A stretch of DNA of 64,000 nucleotides from the NCBI GenBank assembly GCA_963668645.2, contig CAXXWC010000001.1, positions 480,001 to 544,000 of the forward strand. The letters are read 5' to 3'. The notes under the pieces were generated by a model. That model saw only the letters and a list, made by a program, of their open reading frames with translations. It was not told the DNA's origin and did not search any database. The translations under genes and the position numbers were made by a program. Within the stretch, counting starts at the first letter, position 1. Each line of letters begins with the position of its first letter. The DNA comes from Desulfobacterales bacterium (GTDB taxonomy: Bacteria; Desulfobacterota; Desulfobacteria; Desulfobacterales; UBA2174). Positions 60,523 to 64,000 of this stretch are shown piece after piece.

Positions 60523-60538
60523 CCGCCGGGAGGCTTCC

Positions 60539-61762
60539 ATCGACCTGCACATCGATCATCAATGCCCCCAGTGCGGTGCACCGGCGGTCCTGGCGGAAAG
60601 CGACCGCCTCTATTGCTGTAGCTACTGCAAGGTCCAGTCCTACCTGCTGCCGCGGGATGTGCCGCGCTATCTGCTGCCCAACCGGGCTCCGGCCACTCAG
60701 TCCCTCACCTATGTGCCGTATTGGCGATTCAAGGGGATGGTTTTCACCTGCCGGCCGGACGGAATCGGCCATCGCTTCCTCGATTTGAGCCGTTGCGCCC
60801 TCGGTGGGACAACCTTGCCCGCCAGCCTGGGGCTGCGTCCCCAGGCCATGCGTCTCAAACCGGTCACGCCCGGGATTGCAGGCCGCTTCTTGACGCCGAC
60901 CCTGGCGCAGCGCAGCATGCTGGACCGCCTGGAGAGCATCACATCTCCCGGCGATGAAAACGAGGTGTTTCTGGAGTCGCAAATCGGCGAATCGTTGAGC
61001 CTGATCTACATGCCGGTCTACCAAAAGAAAAGGCTGTACGATGCGGTGCTTGATCGCCCGTTGAACGGACCTGAACAAGACCTGGACCTGGATGCTTTGG
61101 ACGGCGGACCGGCACAGGGTTATTTTCGCTTCGTGCCGGCCATTTGCCCCCAGTGCGGCTGGAACCTGGAAGGCCGCAGGGACTCGCTGACCTTGGTGTG
61201 CCGCAATTGTGACCGGGTTTGGCAGGCGCGGCGCCGGGGTCTCGAACAGATCCGCATCGCCCATGTGCCCAATTCCGGCAACGGGTCGATCTACCTGCCT
61301 TTCTGGCGCATCAAGGCCGATATTGAAGGCCTCGCTCTGGCCAGCCGCACCGATCTGGTTCGCCTGGCCAATCTGCCCCAGGTTCCCCGCCCGCAATGGC
61401 ATAACGAGCCATTCCGTTTCTGGTTTCCCGCTTTCAAGGTCCGACCGGCCACCCTGCTCAGCCTCGCAAGCGGCCTGACCCTGAGACAACCCCGGACCGC
61501 CTTGGTGGACCGGCTTCCGTCCAGCGACCTCTTTGCCGTCAATCTGCCTCTCAGTGAAGCGGTCGAGGGCCTGAAGATGCTCCTGGCCGCCTTTGCCAAA
61601 CCGCCGCGGCAGATCTACCCCCGCCTGGCCCACCTCCGGATCACCCCCCAGGCCATGCTGCTGGTCTACATCCCCTTTTCCACCAGCGTTCACGAGTACC
61701 TTCAACCCGATTTAAAACTGGCCGTAAACCGCAACCAACTCTCGCTGGCCGGGAATCTTTAG
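60539..61762 (+). CDS. Zinc-ribbon protein (YdjG-like); apparent ATC start, first canonical start at 60659
   Basis: SD GGGAGG then in-frame IDLHIDHQCPQCGAP...CSYC; YVPYWRF, CPQC...CRNC, YLPFWR. Confidence 0.75.
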   Translation: MDLHIDHQCPQCGAPAVLAESDRLYCCSYCKVQSYLLPRDVPRYLLPNRAPATQSLTYVPYWRFKGMVFTCRPDGIGHRFLDLSRCALGGTTLPASLGLRPQAMRLKPVTPGIAGRFLTPTLAQRSMLDRLESITSPGDENEVFLESQIGESLSLIYMPVYQKKRLYDAVLDRPLNGPEQDLDLDALDGGPAQGYFRFVPAICPQCGWNLEGRRDSLTLVCRNCDRVWQARRRGLEQIRIAHVPNSGNGSIYLPFWRIKADIEGLALASRTDLVRLANLPQVPRPQWHNEPFRFWFPAFKVRPATLLSLASGLTLRQPRTALVDRLPSSDLFAVNLPLSEAVEGLKMLLAAFAKPPRQIYPRLAHLRITPQAMLLVYIPFSTSVHEYLQPDLKLAVNRNQLSLAGNL

Positions 61763-61885
61763 CCTCCCGGTTGATTGACAAACCCAGGCCCCTCGTCTAT
61801 GTCATACATGGTTGAAGGCGATGCTGCAGCGGTGCCTCACGCCGATAAACCGGAAATCGCGCCTCGACGCAGAGAGGAGAAGATC

Positions 61886-63043
61886 ATGGGTCCGGACAGT
61901 CTGCTTTGCCCTGAATGCGGTTTCGAAAATCCCCTGGACGCCGAGTACTGCGGAGGCTGCGGCAAACACATCATCCAGGAAGCGGTCGATCTGGCCACAC
62001 TTTCGCGATCACCTTTGGACGCTGAAGCCTATACGGTCGCCTTTGTCTGCCCCAAATGCGGCCACCCCTCCGACCTGGCAACGCCCGACTGCTTGAAGTG
62101 CGGCATTATCTTTACCAAGTGGTACGAGGGGCTCGATGACCTTTCAGTCGAAGAAGCCGAACAACTTGCCCGCTTGCGCGAAATTCAATCCGAACGGGAG
62201 CGGGCTGCCGAAGCCGAAAACCGGCGGATCGAGGCGCAACGCAAAGCCGAACTGGAACGTCAGCGCGAGGCGTTAAAACGCCGCAAGGCCCAGATCCAGG
62301 CCCAACGTGAGGCCGAGGCAGCCGCCCGGCAAAAAGCAGAAGAAGAGGCCCGGCAGCGCGCTGAGGCAACCAAACGGCAACACGCCGAAAAAGACGCCCG
62401 CTTAAAGGCCGAGGCAGAAAAACGCCGCCAGGCCGAGGAGGAAGCCCGCCAAAAAGCCGAAGCAGAAGAGCACCGCCGGGCCGCCGAGGAAGAAGCCCGC
62501 CAAAAGGCCGAGGCAGAAAAACGCCGCCAGGCCGAGGAGGAAGCCCACCTAAAAGCCGAGGCAGAAGAGCGTCGCCAGGCCGAAGAAGACGCCCGCCAAA
62601 AGGCCGAGGCAGAAAAACGCCGCCAGGCCGAGGAGGAAGCCCGCCTAAAAACCGATGCAGAAAAGCGCCGGCAAGCCGAAGAAGACGCCCGCCTGAAGGC
62701 CGAGGAAGACGCCCGCCAAAAGGCTGAAGTCATTAAACAGGAAAAGACCTTCAGCATGCAGCAGATCCTCAAGGCCCTGCGCCCCAAGGGACGCCTGAGC
62801 GACCTGCTGCGCAAATACGAAAATCGCTCGGTGGGACTGAAACGCGGTGCCGACAAGCCCCTGGAGGCCCTGACACTGCTCAGGACACTTGAAGATTATA
62901 TGGTCTTGCATGCCGAGGACACCTCACGGCTGGTCCACATCCCGCTTGGCCGCATCGATCGTCTCGAAGAAAACCTCGACAGCCAGAACGGTACTTCGGA
63001 GGCCAATGGAACCCTTGTGATCGTTCTGATCGGCTCTGCCTGA
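61886..63043 (+). CDS. Double zinc-ribbon + E/K/R/A-rich repeat helix protein
   Basis: SD GAGGAG; CPECG/CGGCG, CPKCG/CLKCG; long charged helix; small C-terminal beta domain. Confidence 0.8.
   Translation: MGPDSLLCPECGFENPLDAEYCGGCGKHIIQEAVDLATLSRSPLDAEAYTVAFVCPKCGHPSDLATPDCLKCGIIFTKWYEGLDDLSVEEAEQLARLREIQSERERAAEAENRRIEAQRKAELERQREALKRRKAQIQAQREAEAAARQKAEEEARQRAEATKRQHAEKDARLKAEAEKRRQAEEEARQKAEAEEHRRAAEEEARQKAEAEKRRQAEEEAHLKAEAEERRQAEEDARQKAEAEKRRQAEEEARLKTDAEKRRQAEEDARLKAEEDARQKAEVIKQEKTFSMQQILKALRPKGRLSDLLRKYENRSVGLKRGADKPLEALTLLRTLEDYMVLHAEDTSRLVHIPLGRIDRLEENLDSQNGTSEANGTLVIVLIGSA
62405..62722 (+). repeat. Intragenic tandem repeat, about 6 x 48 bp (KAEAEKRRQAEEEARQ)
   Basis: Repeated GAGGCAGAAAAACGCCGCCAGGCCGAGGAGGAAGCCC with variants. 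Confidence 0.85.
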
Positions 63044-63061
63044 GACGGCCGGCGGATCGTC

Positions 63062-64000
63062 ATGCAGACTTACCTCTTTTACGACCTGGAAACCACCGGA
63101 CTTAACCGGGCCTTCGACCAGCCGCTACAGTTTGCCGCCATCCGAACCGATCTGCAGCTCGCGGAGTTGGAACGCTACGATCTGGCCATTCGTCTGCGGC
63201 CGGACATCGTCCCTTCGCCCCTGGCGGTGCTGACCCACCGCTTGGGGCCCAAGACAATGGCCCGGGGACGCAGCGAATACGACGCTGTGGGCCAGATCCA
63301 TGCCATTTTCAACCGCCCCGGCACCCTGAGTATCGGGTACAACTCCCTCGGTTTCGACGACGAATGCCTGCGCTTTGCTTTCTACCGCAACCTGCTGGCG
63401 CCCTATACCCACCAGTTCAAAAACGGCTGCGGGCGTATCGACCTGCTGGCATTTACCGCGGTGTATCGACTGTTCAAGCCCTCCGGACTCCAGTGGCCTG
63501 TCCGCGACGGCCGGGCCTCCCTGCGCCTGGAGGATCTCAATGCGGTCAACCACTTGAGCACCGGGCGGGCCCATACGGCCATGGCCGATGTGGAAGCCCT
63601 GCTCGCGTTGGCCCGGCGGCTGCGGGCCGAAGCCGAGACTTGGGCCTACCTGAGCCGGCGTTTCGACAAAACCGCCGATCGGGATCAGATCCACCGGATA
63701 CCGCCCGTCATCACCGCCGGCCGAACCGACTGCCGCCTGGCCCTGTTGGTATCCAGTGAATTCGGCGCCTCGGCCGATCACATGGCCCCAGCCTTGGGCA
63801 TCGGCCCCTCGCAAGCCTATGCCAACCAGCGTCTCTGGCTGCGCCTGGACCATCCGGACCTGGCCCGGGCCACTGCGGCCGACGTGGCGCAGACCACCCG
63901 CATCGTGCGCAAAAAATACGGCGAACCACCCCTGGTCCTGCCGCCGCTGCCGCGCTACTGGAACCGGCTCGACCCGTCGCGGCGCGAGCTGGTCAACGGC
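63062..64000 (+). CDS. sbcB: Exonuclease I (DEDDh), runs off right edge
   Basis: Own translation MQTYLFYDLETTGLNRAFDQPLQFAAIRTD...GYNSLGFDDE...RLEDLNAVN...AHTAMADV. Confidence 0.88.
   Translation, partial: MQTYLFYDLETTGLNRAFDQPLQFAAIRTDLQLAELERYDLAIRLRPDIVPSPLAVLTHRLGPKTMARGRSEYDAVGQIHAIFNRPGTLSIGYNSLGFDDECLRFAFYRNLLAPYTHQFKNGCGRIDLLAFTAVYRLFKPSGLQWPVRDGRASLRLEDLNAVNHLSTGRAHTAMADVEALLALARRLRAEAETWAYLSRRFDKTADRDQIHRIPPVITAGRTDCRLALLVSSEFGASADHMAPALGIGPSQAYANQRLWLRLDHPDLARATAADVAQTTRIVRKKYGEPPLVLPPLPRYWNRLDPSRRELVNG

Noticed and set aside
62405..62722. Repeat array as CRISPR
   Set aside because: In-frame coding tandem repeat without unique spacers; no cas genes

Overview
GC-rich bacterial chromosome window. 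Gene content (class III tetraheme cytochrome c3, spirochete/delta-type EF-G, PAS protein with a CxxC...HGxCPxC tail) suggests a sulfate-reducing Desulfobacterota; this is an inference. The left part (about 3.4-15 kb) is a decaying defence islet next to tRNA-Lys/tRNA-Glu. It holds a Type I R-M operon with an embedded, translationally coupled DUF262/GmrSD-like gene, an internally deleted RhuM-Fic pseudogene, a frameshifted IS200-type element, an AT-rich orphan membrane protein, a DUF1156-like scar and a Fic/DUF4172 gene. The rest is mostly housekeeping or metabolic: trkAH, birA-bioY-ECF, proAB, galE-cysQ-sat/cysC, GT4 plus methyltransferase, PTS-IIA plus a PII-like gene facing two tandem cation:proton antiporters and a dynamin-like GTPase, a class IV aminotransferase, ettA, csp, a PPIase, a fructokinase-SPS/SPP-sucrose phosphorylase operon, slyD, rsmG, a CoA-transferase-GNAT fusion, fusA, a eukaryote-type hexokinase, NYN, xth, nth, cytochrome c3, an SPFH/zinc-ribbon cluster and sbcB. 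Best candidates for undescribed biology: the nested R-M/GmrSD unit, the PTS-IIA/PII-like/paired-antiporter module, a probable pseudo-CoA-transferase-GNAT sensor, a degenerate Sat domain fused to APS kinase, and the SPFH/Zn-ribbon cluster with an apparent ATC start codon. All calls come from reading motifs; no searches were run.
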